A DNA stretch of 64,000 nucleotides, taken from contig OZ246399.1 of NCBI GenBank assembly GCA_965230985.1, positions 46,564-110,563 on the forward strand, read 5' to 3'. The first letter of the stretch is position 1. Every line of letters begins with the position of its first letter. The notes under the pieces were generated by a model. That model did not search any database, was not told the DNA's origin, and worked only from the letters and a program-made list of their open reading frames with translations. Shown here one piece after another: positions 9,377-18,230 of the stretch. Position numbers and translations under genes: made by a program. This DNA is from an uncultured Candidatus Saccharibacteria bacterium (GTDB lineage Bacteria; Patescibacteriota; Minisyncoccia; Minisyncoccales; Minisyncoccaceae).

Positions 9377-10282
9377 TTAATCTCTTAAATATTTTCTTAC
9401 TGCAAAATATGAAGAAAGTAATCCTAGACCAAGACCAACTATTAATTCTAATAATATAATAATCAGAAGATTTGATTTAAAGAAAACCAAACAATCAAAT
9501 CCCATAAAGAGAGTGGTTAGTTGGGAATTAAAGAGGAAGAGAACGATGGTTAAAAGCATGAATGATATAATAGAGGCAAAGAATCCACAAAGCCCTCCCT
9601 GAACCAAAAATGGGCCTCTAATGAAACTATTCTTGGCACCGACCAGTCTCATTATTTCAATTTCTTCCTTTTGGGAATAAATACTTAGTCTTAATGTATT
9701 AAAAGTAATAATAATAGCAATTAAAGAAAGTATGGCAGTGAAAAATAATCCTAGAACCTGAACGCTTTTAGTCAGCTCACTTAATTTTTCTATCATCACT
9801 CCCCTTTTACTATCATTAACTTCACTAATCAAATCTTTATATTCATCTTTAGTCAAATATTCTGAAACTTCTTTGTATTGTGATGGTTCTTTGGTTTGTA
9901 TTCTTAGCGCTGGTAAAAATGGATTAGTTCCTAATAAACTCAAAGCTTCCATGTATTGATCTCCCGCATGGGCAGTAACAAAAGTATTATATGCATCTTC
10001 TGAAGAAATATAGTCAACTTTCTTAACTTGTTCTAAGGTTAGTAAGCTATCCTTAATTTGAAGGATAGCATCTCTTTCTACGCCTGCCTTAAAAGTAACT
10101 GATATGTCTATTTTATCTTCCAGTTGCTGAGTTAAATAAGAAACAGCTCCTTGAAAAAAGAATAATGCTGTTCCTAAAATAACTGCAATAAAAATAACTA
10201 GAGAAGTGGCAAAGGTTAAAAATCCTTGTCTCCAGAAATTATCCCACCCATTTTTAAATGTTTTTTTAAAAAAGTTTACCAT
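9377..10282 (-). CDS. ftsX: Cell division permease-like protein FtsX
   Basis: FtsX topology (one TM, a periplasmic domain, three C-terminal TMs). It sits directly downstream of ftsE. Confidence 0.85.
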   Translation of the reverse strand: MVNFFKKTFKNGWDNFWRQGFLTFATSLVIFIAVILGTALFFFQGAVSYLTQQLEDKIDISVTFKAGVERDAILQIKDSLLTLEQVKKVDYISSEDAYNTFVTAHAGDQYMEALSLLGTNPFLPALRIQTKEPSQYKEVSEYLTKDEYKDLISEVNDSKRGVMIEKLSELTKSVQVLGLFFTAILSLIAIIITFNTLRLSIYSQKEEIEIMRLVGAKNSFIRGPFLVQGGLCGFFASIISFMLLTIVLFLFNSQLTTLFMGFDCLVFFKSNLLIIILLELIVGLGLGLLSSYFAVRKYLRD

Positions 10283-10287
10283 ATGTA

Positions 10288-10983
10288 TTACAAGGAGAAG
10301 ACTCCCTTTTCTTCATCTCTAATTATTCTTCCATTTTCTATTGTTATTACTCTTTTCTCTAAAGAATTAACGGTGTCTTTATCGTGAGTTGATAAAATGA
10401 CGGTTGAACCTGATTCATTAATCTTTAAAAGTATTTTAACAATTTCTCTAGTGTGATACGGATCAAGGTTCCCCGTTGGTTCATCAGCTAAAATTACCTC
10501 TGGCCTATGAATTAAGGCTCGGGCGATTGAAACTCTCTGTTTTTCTCCACCTGACAATTCGCGAGGAAGACAATTAATTTTATTCTCCAATCCTACCAAT
10601 TCCAACACCTGCATTACTTCGTCTCTAACTAGTTTATCATTAAAATCAAAAGCTTCTAAGGCGTAAGCAACATTTTCGTAAACAGTCTTGTAAGCTAAAA
10701 GTTTGTAGTCTTGAAAAATGAAGCCGATTTTTTGCCTAATTAAATGAGCATCACTTTTTTTAACATCCAAAGTATTAATGTCATTAAACATTACTACTCC
10801 GCTCGTAGGTTTTTCTTCACAAGAGATCATTTTTAAGATTGTGGTTTTCCCTGCTCCTGATCTTCCACAGATAGTAACGAATTCACCTGGTTTTATACTA
10901 AAAGAAATGCCCTGCAAAGCAACCTTTGATTCTTTTACTAAATTAGGGGGGTATTCTTTTGAAACGTTTTTAAATTCTATCAT
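10288..10983 (-). CDS. ftsE: Cell division ATP-binding protein FtsE
   Basis: Walker A GRSGAGKTT, ABC signature LSGGEKQR, Walker B ILADEPT. Confidence 0.9.
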   Translation of the reverse strand: MIEFKNVSKEYPPNLVKESKVALQGISFSIKPGEFVTICGRSGAGKTTILKMISCEEKPTSGVVMFNDINTLDVKKSDAHLIRQKIGFIFQDYKLLAYKTVYENVAYALEAFDFNDKLVRDEVMQVLELVGLENKINCLPRELSGGEKQRVSIARALIHRPEVILADEPTGNLDPYHTREIVKILLKINESGSTVILSTHDKDTVNSLEKRVITIENGRIIRDEEKGVFSL

Positions 10984-12057
10984 ATTTTAATTTCTGCTTC
11001 TATGAATTCATCTAATTCTCCATCTAATACCTTGTCTGGCTGGGTTGATTCAACTTCAGTTCTTAGGTCTTTAACCATCTTATATGGATGTAAGACATAT
11101 GAACGAATTTGATTCCCCCAACTAGCTGAAATATGCTCTCCTTTTATCTTCGACATTTCCTTATCTTGCTTTTCTAAATTATACTGGTATAGCTTTGACA
11201 TTAACATCTTCATGGCTCGTTCTTTGTTCTTTCCTTGCAACCTTTCTGATTGGCAGGTAACAACTATGTTTGAAGGATTGTGGGTTATTCTAACCGCTGA
11301 TTCTCTTTTGTTTACATATTGTCCTCCTGGCCCTGAAGCTTTATAATAATCAACCCTTATATCATCTGGCTTTATTTCCACTTCTCCTTCTTCTATTTCT
11401 GGCAAGACTTCAATTAAAGCAAAGGAAGTGTGTCTTAATTTCTGAGCGGAAAAAGGCGATATTCTTACTAATCTGTGCACTCCGTTTTCTTTTTTTAATA
11501 ATCCGTAAGCATACTTTCCAGAAATAGATAAGGTGGCTGATTTAATTCCTTCTTTTCCTTCGCTTCCTCCTCCTTCGCCAAATGATTCATCCAATACTTC
11601 AACTTTGAATCTTTTTCTTTCGCAATATCTTTCAAACATTCTTAAAAGCATCGCCGCCCAATCCTGGGCGTCTTGTCCTCCCGCTCCGGAATATACCGAC
11701 AGGATTGCATTTCCCTTGTCGTATTTTCCGCTGAAGAAAGTTTCGTTTTCTTTTTCTTTTAATTTCTTGTCTATCTTTTCTATCTCTTTATACAATTCTT
11801 CTTCATCTAATATTTCTATCAAATCAGGAAGATCATTAATGCTTTCTTTTAATTCTTCAATTGAATCAATTATCTCCTTGTTGTCTGATAATTCTTGAGA
11901 AAGCTTTTTTGCTTTTTCCTGATTATTCCAAAAGTCTGGTTTCTCTACTTCTTTCTCTAATTCAGCTATTCTTTTTTGAATTTTTGATAAGTCAAAGACG
12001 GTCCTCTAGGGCGAGGATTCTTTTATTCAAGTCTTCTATTGTCTTTTCTTTTTCCAT
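10980..12057 (-). CDS. prfB: Peptide chain release factor 2, requires a programmed +1 frameshift
   Basis: ORF0 is MEKEKTIEDLNKRILALEDRL followed by TGA. The +1 frame continues DLSKIQKRIAELEKEVEKPDFWNNQ... into the tracked ORF, which contains SGAGGQ and SPF. Confidence 0.9.
11992..11997 (-). promoter_or_regulatory. prfB +1 frameshift site CTT TGA C
   Basis: Minus strand reads GAGGACCGTCTTTGAC. An SD-like GAGGA lies a few nt upstream of CTT-TGA. Confidence 0.85.
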
Positions 12058-12119
12058 GTTTGTATTATATCAAAAAATTAGAATTAATAAAATGCCTTAT
12101 TAGGGTTATTGTTTCTCAT

Positions 12120-12140
12120 AGTATACAATAATTGTATACT
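12120..12140. promoter_or_regulatory. 21-bp perfect palindrome AGTATACAAT-A-ATTGTATACT in the prfB promoter region
   Basis: 10-bp arms read directly. It overlaps a possible TTACCA-17-TATACT promoter about 63 nt upstream of the prfB ATG. Confidence 0.45.
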
Positions 12141-12182
12141 ATTGGTAATAAATACCGCACTATATATCAATTAAAACTCTCT

Positions 12183-12214
12183 TTTACTGTTTACTCTCAA
12201 TAGTAAACAGTAAA
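12183..12214 (-). terminator. 13-bp perfect hairpin downstream of the ATPase gene, a possible terminator
   Basis: TTTACTGTTTACT-CTCAAT-AGTAAACAGTAAA. Only a weak T-tract follows on the minus strand. Confidence 0.4.
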
Positions 12215-12238
12215 CATACAACTACTTCATAAATATTA

Positions 12239-13627
12239 TCAAAAATTAACAGGATCTCCTTCTTTCACTAAAAATACCTTCTCTTTTTTTGCCAAAGCAA
12301 TCATTTCTTTGGTAAATCCACTTTTACTAAATATTATAAAATACTCTTTCCTTCGTTCGTTGTTCCATTTTACTTCAACTGATTTTCTTTTTAAATCGTA
12401 AAAAATCGATTTATCAACAAGATTATTTGACCATTTACATTCACCAAAAATAATTTCTTTTGTTTTTTTGTTGACCCCAACAATATCTATTTCTTCTTCT
12501 TTTTTCCACCATCTACCTATTCTTTCAAAAGAAAATATTTTATTTCTAAAATCAGATAATAATTCTCTACAAACTTTTTCGTAAGTATTAGCTTTTATCG
12601 CTCCAAATGTTTCTTCTATCTTTCTTGAGACCTCATCATATCTTTCTATTTCTAAATCACTCTTATAGGGGAAAACGTACTGAAACCAAAATCTTAAAAA
12701 ATTATCTGATATTTTATATATCCCCTGTTTTGATTTTTGTAAATTTTCTTCTGTAACAGGCACTTCTTTTTCCATTAATTGCAATTTAACAAGTACATCG
12801 ATATATTTGGTAAGAATATTTTTTTCAAGTCCAGTATCATTAGATATTTCTCCAAATTTTGTTTTGCTCCAAGAAATAGCCCTTAAAATAGATAAATAGC
12901 TTTTAGGCTCCCTTAATTCTTCTTTTAAAATAAATTCTACCTCGTTATATAAAAAAGATGTTTTTTTAAAAATATTGGTTTTAATATTTTCATCAAGAGA
13001 TATTTCTTTTTTAATCTCTAGGAGATAAGCAGGCATTCCCCCGCAAATAGTGTAAATACTTAAAAAATCATCAAAACTTTTTTCAGGAAAAAACTGCCAT
13101 GCCTGCTTAAAAGTTAAAGGATTTATCTGAGCCTGTCCAGTTCTTCTTCCAAAAAGAGGAGATTTGTAAGATAATACTTCAGACTCCATCATAGAAATAC
13201 TTGATCCAGACAAAATTAAAAATATTTTACTTCCTTTTAAATACTCTTCCCACCCTTTTTGAAATAAAGAACTAATAGATTTATTTGTTTCAACAATATA
13301 AGGATATTCATCTACAGCAAAAACAAATCTATCTTTAGTCTTTTCTTTCAAATATTGAAAAAGATCAAGCCATTCGTTAAAACCATTTTTAACTAATAGC
13401 TTATCGTTAAAATAATTCCCAAAAAGCATTCCAAGTTCCTTTAGTTGATCCCTATCAGATCTTTTATCGGCTACAAAATAAATAGAAGGCTTGTTTTTAA
13501 TAAACTGCTTAATTAATTCTGTCTTTCCAACCCTTCTTTTTCCATAGATTATAAAAAACTCAGAAGAATCTTCTTTCCATCTTTTGTTTAATTCATCTAA
13601 TTCTGATTGACGATTTATAAATTTCAT
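12239..13627 (-). CDS. AAA-type ATPase of the archaeal-ATPase / DUF234 family
   Basis: Walker A GKRRVGKT near the N-terminus, a Walker B-like FVFAVDEYP, and a C-terminal wHTH-plus-DUF234-like tail (EIDIVGV...FGECKW). Confidence 0.7.
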   Translation of the reverse strand: MKFINRQSELDELNKRWKEDSSEFFIIYGKRRVGKTELIKQFIKNKPSIYFVADKRSDRDQLKELGMLFGNYFNDKLLVKNGFNEWLDLFQYLKEKTKDRFVFAVDEYPYIVETNKSISSLFQKGWEEYLKGSKIFLILSGSSISMMESEVLSYKSPLFGRRTGQAQINPLTFKQAWQFFPEKSFDDFLSIYTICGGMPAYLLEIKKEISLDENIKTNIFKKTSFLYNEVEFILKEELREPKSYLSILRAISWSKTKFGEISNDTGLEKNILTKYIDVLVKLQLMEKEVPVTEENLQKSKQGIYKISDNFLRFWFQYVFPYKSDLEIERYDEVSRKIEETFGAIKANTYEKVCRELLSDFRNKIFSFERIGRWWKKEEEIDIVGVNKKTKEIIFGECKWSNNLVDKSIFYDLKRKSVEVKWNNERRKEYFIIFSKSGFTKEMIALAKKEKVFLVKEGDPVNF

Positions 13628-13775
13628 ATATTTACCTACTTTAGATAAGTATACTCACGAGTAGGTTTTATGTCAAGGCTTCCCTTTTTCTTTTATAAAA
13701 ACCTTATTATCATTTAATTTAATTTTAAGATTACAATCCTATGATTACATTCAATTTTAGGATTGCTAACATTCC

Positions 13776-14075
13776 TTATTTCCCCTTCTTTAATAATATC
13801 TTATAAACCCCATCAAGGAAGTCTCCTCCGGCATATCCGATGATAAAGGCAGTGGCTGAAGAAATATATTTAACTCCTTCAAACGAAATGAATGAGTTGT
13901 TTATCGCTAACGCAACTAATAATCCGACTATTCCTGACAAAAACATCATTACGAAAAAATACGGGAGATTGAATCCAGTATTCTTATAATCATATTGATG
14001 TTTTAAAAATCCAATTAGACCCCTTACTACTCCTCCTCCGAATCCGGCGATTAAGATAGAAATGTAAAATGCCAT
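13776..14075 (-). CDS. Small 3-TM membrane protein
   Basis: 99 aa with hydrophobic segments. It starts 10 nt after the stop of the upstream secreted protein gene. Confidence 0.5.
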   Translation of the reverse strand: MAFYISILIAGFGGGVVRGLIGFLKHQYDYKNTGFNLPYFFVMMFLSGIVGLLVALAINNSFISFEGVKYISSATAFIIGYAGGDFLDGVYKILLKKGK

Positions 14076-14085
14076 GTTATTTTAA

Positions 14086-15546
14086 TTAAAATTTTAATTT
14101 GCCTTGAGAGACAAGATAAATAATTACTCTTAATAAAACTATTAAAAGTTCCTCCTTATTCATTTGGTTTAATGGCTTTTCAATCGTAAAAGGAAGCTTG
14201 ATTGTATTATTGTCGGTTTCTACTTGATTTTCTTTGGCATAGGTATTAGCAGTCATAGAATAAAAATAGGTCTGACTGTCTGATTCTTTATTATTATCAC
14301 TAACTGATGGAATTACAGTAACTGAATATATGTCTTTCCCTATATTAGAAATAACTAATTCTGATTCAAAATTTTTATCTAATCTCGTAAAACCAATGCT
14401 CATTTCTCCAGAAATACTTTTAATAATATGTGGTATTTGCTTAATTGTCCCCGAAGGATTAGAAATTTTAATCTTTAAATCTCCACTTCCACCAGTAAAC
14501 TTTTGCCAATGAGATGAATAATTATTTAAAAATTGACCTAAATACAAAGTACTGTCTCCTGAAAAAGGAAGGAAGTTACTAAAAGGAATAACATGTAAAT
14601 TTATTAAGTTCTTATCTTTAAAACAATATCTTGCTCCCATTGAACAATCATTAAGATATGTGGCTATTGTCCAATCAGAAAAAACATCAGAAAATGTTTC
14701 TTTGTGTCCATTTTTTAACAATGCCTCATTGATACTTTCGATTCCATTTTTATCTGATTTTAAAGAATCTGTTAATATCACTAATCCATATTGATCCACC
14801 AAGTAATGAATAAAAGAATTAATTACTCCGTAATCATATGAAGAATTATTCCATTCGGTTAAGGAATCATATGGTTTTTCTAAAAAACTATTCAATCTTG
14901 ATTTAAGATAACTATTTTCACCGTCATTATAACCCATTAAAGTAATAGTATACTCAGCCCTAGCCTCATTAAGCCATACAGCCTCACTGGTTCCATTTTT
15001 TAATTCTTTTTGATTTAGGGTTATTAAATGGGTAAATTCATGAGCTAACGTTTCTTTAAGAAATTGTCCAGTAAGCAAACTGACATTAATGTAAGCCATT
15101 TCCCTTTGATTAGATAAAGGATTAACTGTTTTTTCGTATTCATCAATATTCCTAACATACCCTTTAACATTACTATTGGTTTGATAGAATAAAACCGTTA
15201 TTCTTCTGTCTTTATCTACTCCAGGAATAGCTTCAGTTCCAAAAGTTGAAGTCAGCTTAGGGTAGATATTTAAATTAAATTCACTTCCCAAGCTTTCCAT
15301 AACAACACCGATTTGGTCTTTTTCTGTCTGAGTTTTTGAATTCCACCAATCAGTTTCGACATAAAAATACAATCTGTCTGGAGATTTAATTAGGGTAGCT
15401 GAGACCTGACTTTTGTTATTGGGAGTAAATCCCTGTTCGACATAAAAATTAGTCTTATCCCCGGTATTATCAGCCATTACAAAAAATGGCATAACAAAAA
15501 ATATTGATAAAATAAAAATATATAATTTAAAATTAGTTAATTTCAT
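14086..15546 (-). CDS. Secreted HExxH (zincin-like) protein with a conserved C-terminal helix motif
   Basis: N-terminal signal/TM segment and a HEFTHL motif. The C-terminus is KPLNQMNKEELLIVLLRVIIYLVSQGKLKF. Confidence 0.65.
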   Translation of the reverse strand: MKLTNFKLYIFILSIFFVMPFFVMADNTGDKTNFYVEQGFTPNNKSQVSATLIKSPDRLYFYVETDWWNSKTQTEKDQIGVVMESLGSEFNLNIYPKLTSTFGTEAIPGVDKDRRITVLFYQTNSNVKGYVRNIDEYEKTVNPLSNQREMAYINVSLLTGQFLKETLAHEFTHLITLNQKELKNGTSEAVWLNEARAEYTITLMGYNDGENSYLKSRLNSFLEKPYDSLTEWNNSSYDYGVINSFIHYLVDQYGLVILTDSLKSDKNGIESINEALLKNGHKETFSDVFSDWTIATYLNDCSMGARYCFKDKNLINLHVIPFSNFLPFSGDSTLYLGQFLNNYSSHWQKFTGGSGDLKIKISNPSGTIKQIPHIIKSISGEMSIGFTRLDKNFESELVISNIGKDIYSVTVIPSVSDNNKESDSQTYFYSMTANTYAKENQVETDNNTIKLPFTIEKPLNQMNKEELLIVLLRVIIYLVSQGKLKF

Positions 15547-15623
15547 TATTTTTTATTCTAACACATGGAAATAAAAAAACAACTAGATACGATTTTTATC
15601 ATGTTATGTCTTATGCTTTTGAA

Positions 15624-15654
15624 AAATCAAAAACCTCCCAAAAGGGAGGCTTTT
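15624..15654 (-). terminator. Intrinsic terminator (CCTCCC-AAAA-GGGAGG) after the 547-aa surface protein gene
   Basis: GC-rich hairpin flanked by A-run and T-run, so potentially bidirectional. Confidence 0.75.
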
Positions 15655-15665
15655 AAATTTTCTTT

Positions 15666-17309
15666 CTATAGATGAGTTAATTTTCCTTGTACTATTAAAG
15701 TTAAAATTAATCTTAATACTGTATTAATAAGCTCATCTTTAGTCATTTCATTTAACGGTTTACTTATAGTTATCGGTCCAAGCTGTTGAGTAGTTGTAGT
15801 CGTTGGGGTGGTTGTAGTAGTGGTAGTTGGAGTAGTTGTAGTCGTTGGGGTGGTTGTAGTAGTGGTAGTTGGAGTAGTTGTAGTCGTTGGGGTGGTTGTA
15901 GTAGATCCTCCACTAGAACCTGAACCACTTCCTCCGCCATAAGAAATTTCAAAAGGAGAAATTGCAAGAGATGTGCTAGCATTTGAATAAACATCAGTAA
16001 CGATAATGCTGCAATTGCTGTATCTTGCTGGACTCATAGAAACAAAAGTAATGGTATTGTTTCCGGCTGTCGCTGATGTTGTTGCACTACTACATGCTCC
16101 GCTATAAGCGATTGTACCAGCTTCAGTAGCGCTAAATACATAGCTCGGGGTTAGCGTATTTGCTGTTCCAACTGCAGTAACCTGAGCTAAAACAGGGGCA
16201 AGATTGTCAGTAATGGTTTTAGCTGTCGAAGCATCTGCATTGGTGGGAACATCAGTTACTGTTGCGGCAGGATTTAAAGTATCTCCACTAGCAACAGTTG
16301 TACTTGCACCCAATGTAACTGTTAAAACTGTATTGCTAACAGTCCAACCTACGGTTACGCTATCAAAAGTATGACTACCACTTAACCCTAAGTCGGAATC
16401 TAAATGAGCCTTAGAATCAACCCTAACTGTGGCTGTAGCTATTGGTTCACTAAAAGTCAAAACTAATTTATCAGTACCATCAATAGTTGTATTACTGTTG
16501 CTATCGGTCCAAGTAACGGTTAATACTTTCGGACCAACATTATCAGTAATAGTTTTGGCTGATGAAGCATCTGCAACACCTGCGATATCAGTTACTGTTG
16601 CGGCAGGATTTAAAGTATCTCCACTAGCAACAGTTGTTCCTGTTCCTAAAGTTATTGTTAAAATTTTGCCTGTAGCATCCCAAGAAGCAACAACCGCTGC
16701 TCCACCAATTGTATGTCCACCGCTTAATCCAATATCTGTATTTAAATTAGCAACTGAATCAGTCCTTACTGTTGCTGGATCTATTTTTTCACTAAAAGTT
16801 AAAACTAAAGTATCTGTAGCATCAATCTTTGTACTGCTATTTGTATCAGTCCAAACAACAGTATTAAGAGTAGGAGCAACAGTATCGGCAGCAGGAATAG
16901 CTACTGGCGCGAGAGTTAAATCTCCTGCTCCCCCAGCATCGGTAACAGTATCATCTGGATCGCAGGTATCAGCCGCGGCGACAGTTGCGTCAGTACCCAA
17001 TGTAACCGTTAAAATAGTATTAGTTGGTCCATTCCAAGCAATGGCTAATCCTGCAGCTGACGTACCGAAGGTATGAGCACTTAGACCTAAATCACTATCT
17101 AATTGAGCCAAGCGCACGGTTGCTGTAGCCATAGCTTCACTAAAAGTGAAAGCTATCGTGTCCCCTGTATTATAAGTACCACTGCCGTCAATATCGTTCC
17201 AAACAATAGTATTAAGAGTCGGCTCTCCAGCAGCGAATACTGTAGACAATCCTGTAATCACCATTGTTATAGCAATTATCAGTCCGAATATTTTAAATTT
17301 TGAATTCAT
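15666..17309 (-). CDS. Secreted repeat protein: three roughly 112-aa Ig-like repeats, a Thr/Pro linker and the conserved C-terminal helix motif
   Basis: Signal peptide, three repeats of (TLNTVVWTD...LTFSE...TVTLG...GDTLNPAATVTD), a TTTTPTTTTT linker, and the C-terminus KPLNEMTKDELINTVLRLILTLIVQGKLTHL. Confidence 0.7.
   Translation of the reverse strand: MNSKFKIFGLIIAITMVITGLSTVFAAGEPTLNTIVWNDIDGSGTYNTGDTIAFTFSEAMATATVRLAQLDSDLGLSAHTFGTSAAGLAIAWNGPTNTILTVTLGTDATVAAADTCDPDDTVTDAGGAGDLTLAPVAIPAADTVAPTLNTVVWTDTNSSTKIDATDTLVLTFSEKIDPATVRTDSVANLNTDIGLSGGHTIGGAAVVASWDATGKILTITLGTGTTVASGDTLNPAATVTDIAGVADASSAKTITDNVGPKVLTVTWTDSNSNTTIDGTDKLVLTFSEPIATATVRVDSKAHLDSDLGLSGSHTFDSVTVGWTVSNTVLTVTLGASTTVASGDTLNPAATVTDVPTNADASTAKTITDNLAPVLAQVTAVGTANTLTPSYVFSATEAGTIAYSGACSSATTSATAGNNTITFVSMSPARYSNCSIIVTDVYSNASTSLAISPFEISYGGGSGSGSSGGSTTTTPTTTTTPTTTTTTTPTTTTTPTTTTTTTPTTTTTQQLGPITISKPLNEMTKDELINTVLRLILTLIVQGKLTHL
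15792..15904. repeat. 42-bp tandem repeat, about 2.7 copies, encoding the Thr/Pro linker
   Basis: The unit AGTTGTAGTCGTTGGGGTGGTTGTAGTAGTGGTAGTTGGAGT repeats head to tail, identical by eye. Confidence 0.85.
16197..17222. repeat. Three diverged intragenic repeats of about 335 bp (protein-domain repeats)
   Basis: For example ACTGTTGCGGCAGGATTTAAAGTATCTCCACTAGCAACAGTTGT occurs near both 16258 and 16593. Confidence 0.7.
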
Positions 17310-17345
17310 ATTTAATTTTTATTTTATTATTTTAATAACAAAAAA

Positions 17346-17388
17346 CCGCTAAAGAAACAGCCTGTCGACCCGACAAGTTCTTTAACGG
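17346..17388 (-). promoter_or_regulatory. Structured 5' leader hairpin of the 547-aa surface protein mRNA
   Basis: CCGCTAAAGAAAC...GTTCTTTAACGG is the outer stem, with one mismatch. The inner hairpin is TGTCG-ACC-CGACA. Confidence 0.5.
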
Positions 17389-17472
17389 TCTATTTATGTT
17401 TATAACTTTTGTTATCATTTTACTAACAAATAATATCAGGATAAATAACAACAAAATAAATTATATATTTAT

Positions 17473-17500
17473 ATTTTAGCCTTATTACAATTATTGTCAA
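17473..17500 (-). promoter_or_regulatory. Sigma-70-type promoter TTGACA-16-TAAAAT
   Basis: Read on the minus strand. It predicts a leader of about 155 nt before the ATG at 17309. Confidence 0.55.
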
Positions 17501-17526
17501 GAATTTCTTTCAATTAAAAACAAGCA

Positions 17527-18135
17527 TTACTGCTTGTTTAACTTATTAGCTAAAATTTCTGAATAAGGAACCGCTTTGTCTCCCTCTCCTTTCTGCTGAT
17601 AATAATCAATTATCCATGAAAGAAGATCTGGATTATTATTAGTTTTGGCCAAACCATCATCGATTAATATTTTAATCTTTGCTTCATCATCATTAAACCT
17701 ATATTCATACAAATAGGCAAGCATCCTATATCCTTGAATAAAATCGGGATGAGCAACTAATAATTTTTTATAATACTCCTCAGCCTTAGCCCAATTACTT
17801 AAATCAGAATAAGCATCAGCCGTATTGTTTAAAAGTAATAAATTATCAGGATTATCTTTTAATAAAATTAAGTATCCATCCAAGGCCTCCTGGACCTTAC
17901 CCTGATTAGCTTTTTCGACTAATTCTAATATTTTTTCTTTTATTTTTTTATCAGCCTCAGTTTCTGTATTGTTTTCTGGATTAATATTTTGGTTCTGTTC
18001 TTGATTTTGATTCTTGTTCGGTTCTTCGCCTCCTTTATTTTTATTAAAATAAAAAACGAAAATTATTGCTAAAACTATTAACAACGCCAATATAGAGAAA
18101 ATGTATTTTTTATTCATTTTTTTGATATTAAACAT
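17527..18135 (-). CDS. Membrane-anchored TPR-repeat protein
   Basis: N-terminal TM, an N/Q/E-rich linker, and TPR-like repeats (AYSDLSNWAKAEEYYKKLL). Confidence 0.65.
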   Translation of the reverse strand: MFNIKKMNKKYIFSILALLIVLAIIFVFYFNKNKGGEEPNKNQNQEQNQNINPENNTETEADKKIKEKILELVEKANQGKVQEALDGYLILLKDNPDNLLLLNNTADAYSDLSNWAKAEEYYKKLLVAHPDFIQGYRMLAYLYEYRFNDDEAKIKILIDDGLAKTNNNPDLLSWIIDYYQQKGEGDKAVPYSEILANKLNKQ

Positions 18136-18175
18136 ATGTTTTATATCTTAGCACAAAAATTAATGAAAGCAAGAA

Positions 18176-18201
18176 CTGAAAAACCTCCCCGAAGGGAGGC
18201 T
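18176..18201 (-). terminator. Intrinsic terminator (CCTCCC-CGAA-GGGAGG) after the giant surface protein gene
   Basis: Same stem sequence as the terminator at 15624-15654, with a T-run on the minus strand. Confidence 0.75.
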
Positions 18202-18230
18202 TTCAGTCTAATTACTAATCACAAGGAATA

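Noticed and set aside
11533-12103. Plus-strand ORFs 11533-11898 and 11861-12103.
   Set aside because: They are antisense to prfB. The region is fully explained by the two RF2 frames joined at the CTT TGA C frameshift.
15770-15994. The 74-aa minus-strand ORF with LQLLQLPLLQPPQR repeats.
   Set aside because: It is an alternative frame of the 42-bp Thr/Pro repeat inside the 547-aa gene.
16429-17076. The 215-aa plus-strand ORF, and similar long antisense ORFs (18796-19200, 20104-20415, 20878-21087, 21394-21585, 22081-22650, 17103-17303).
   Set aside because: They lie antisense to the GC-richer Ala/Thr/Gly-rich surface protein genes, whose composition keeps the opposite strand open. Their sequences are low-complexity and have no start context.
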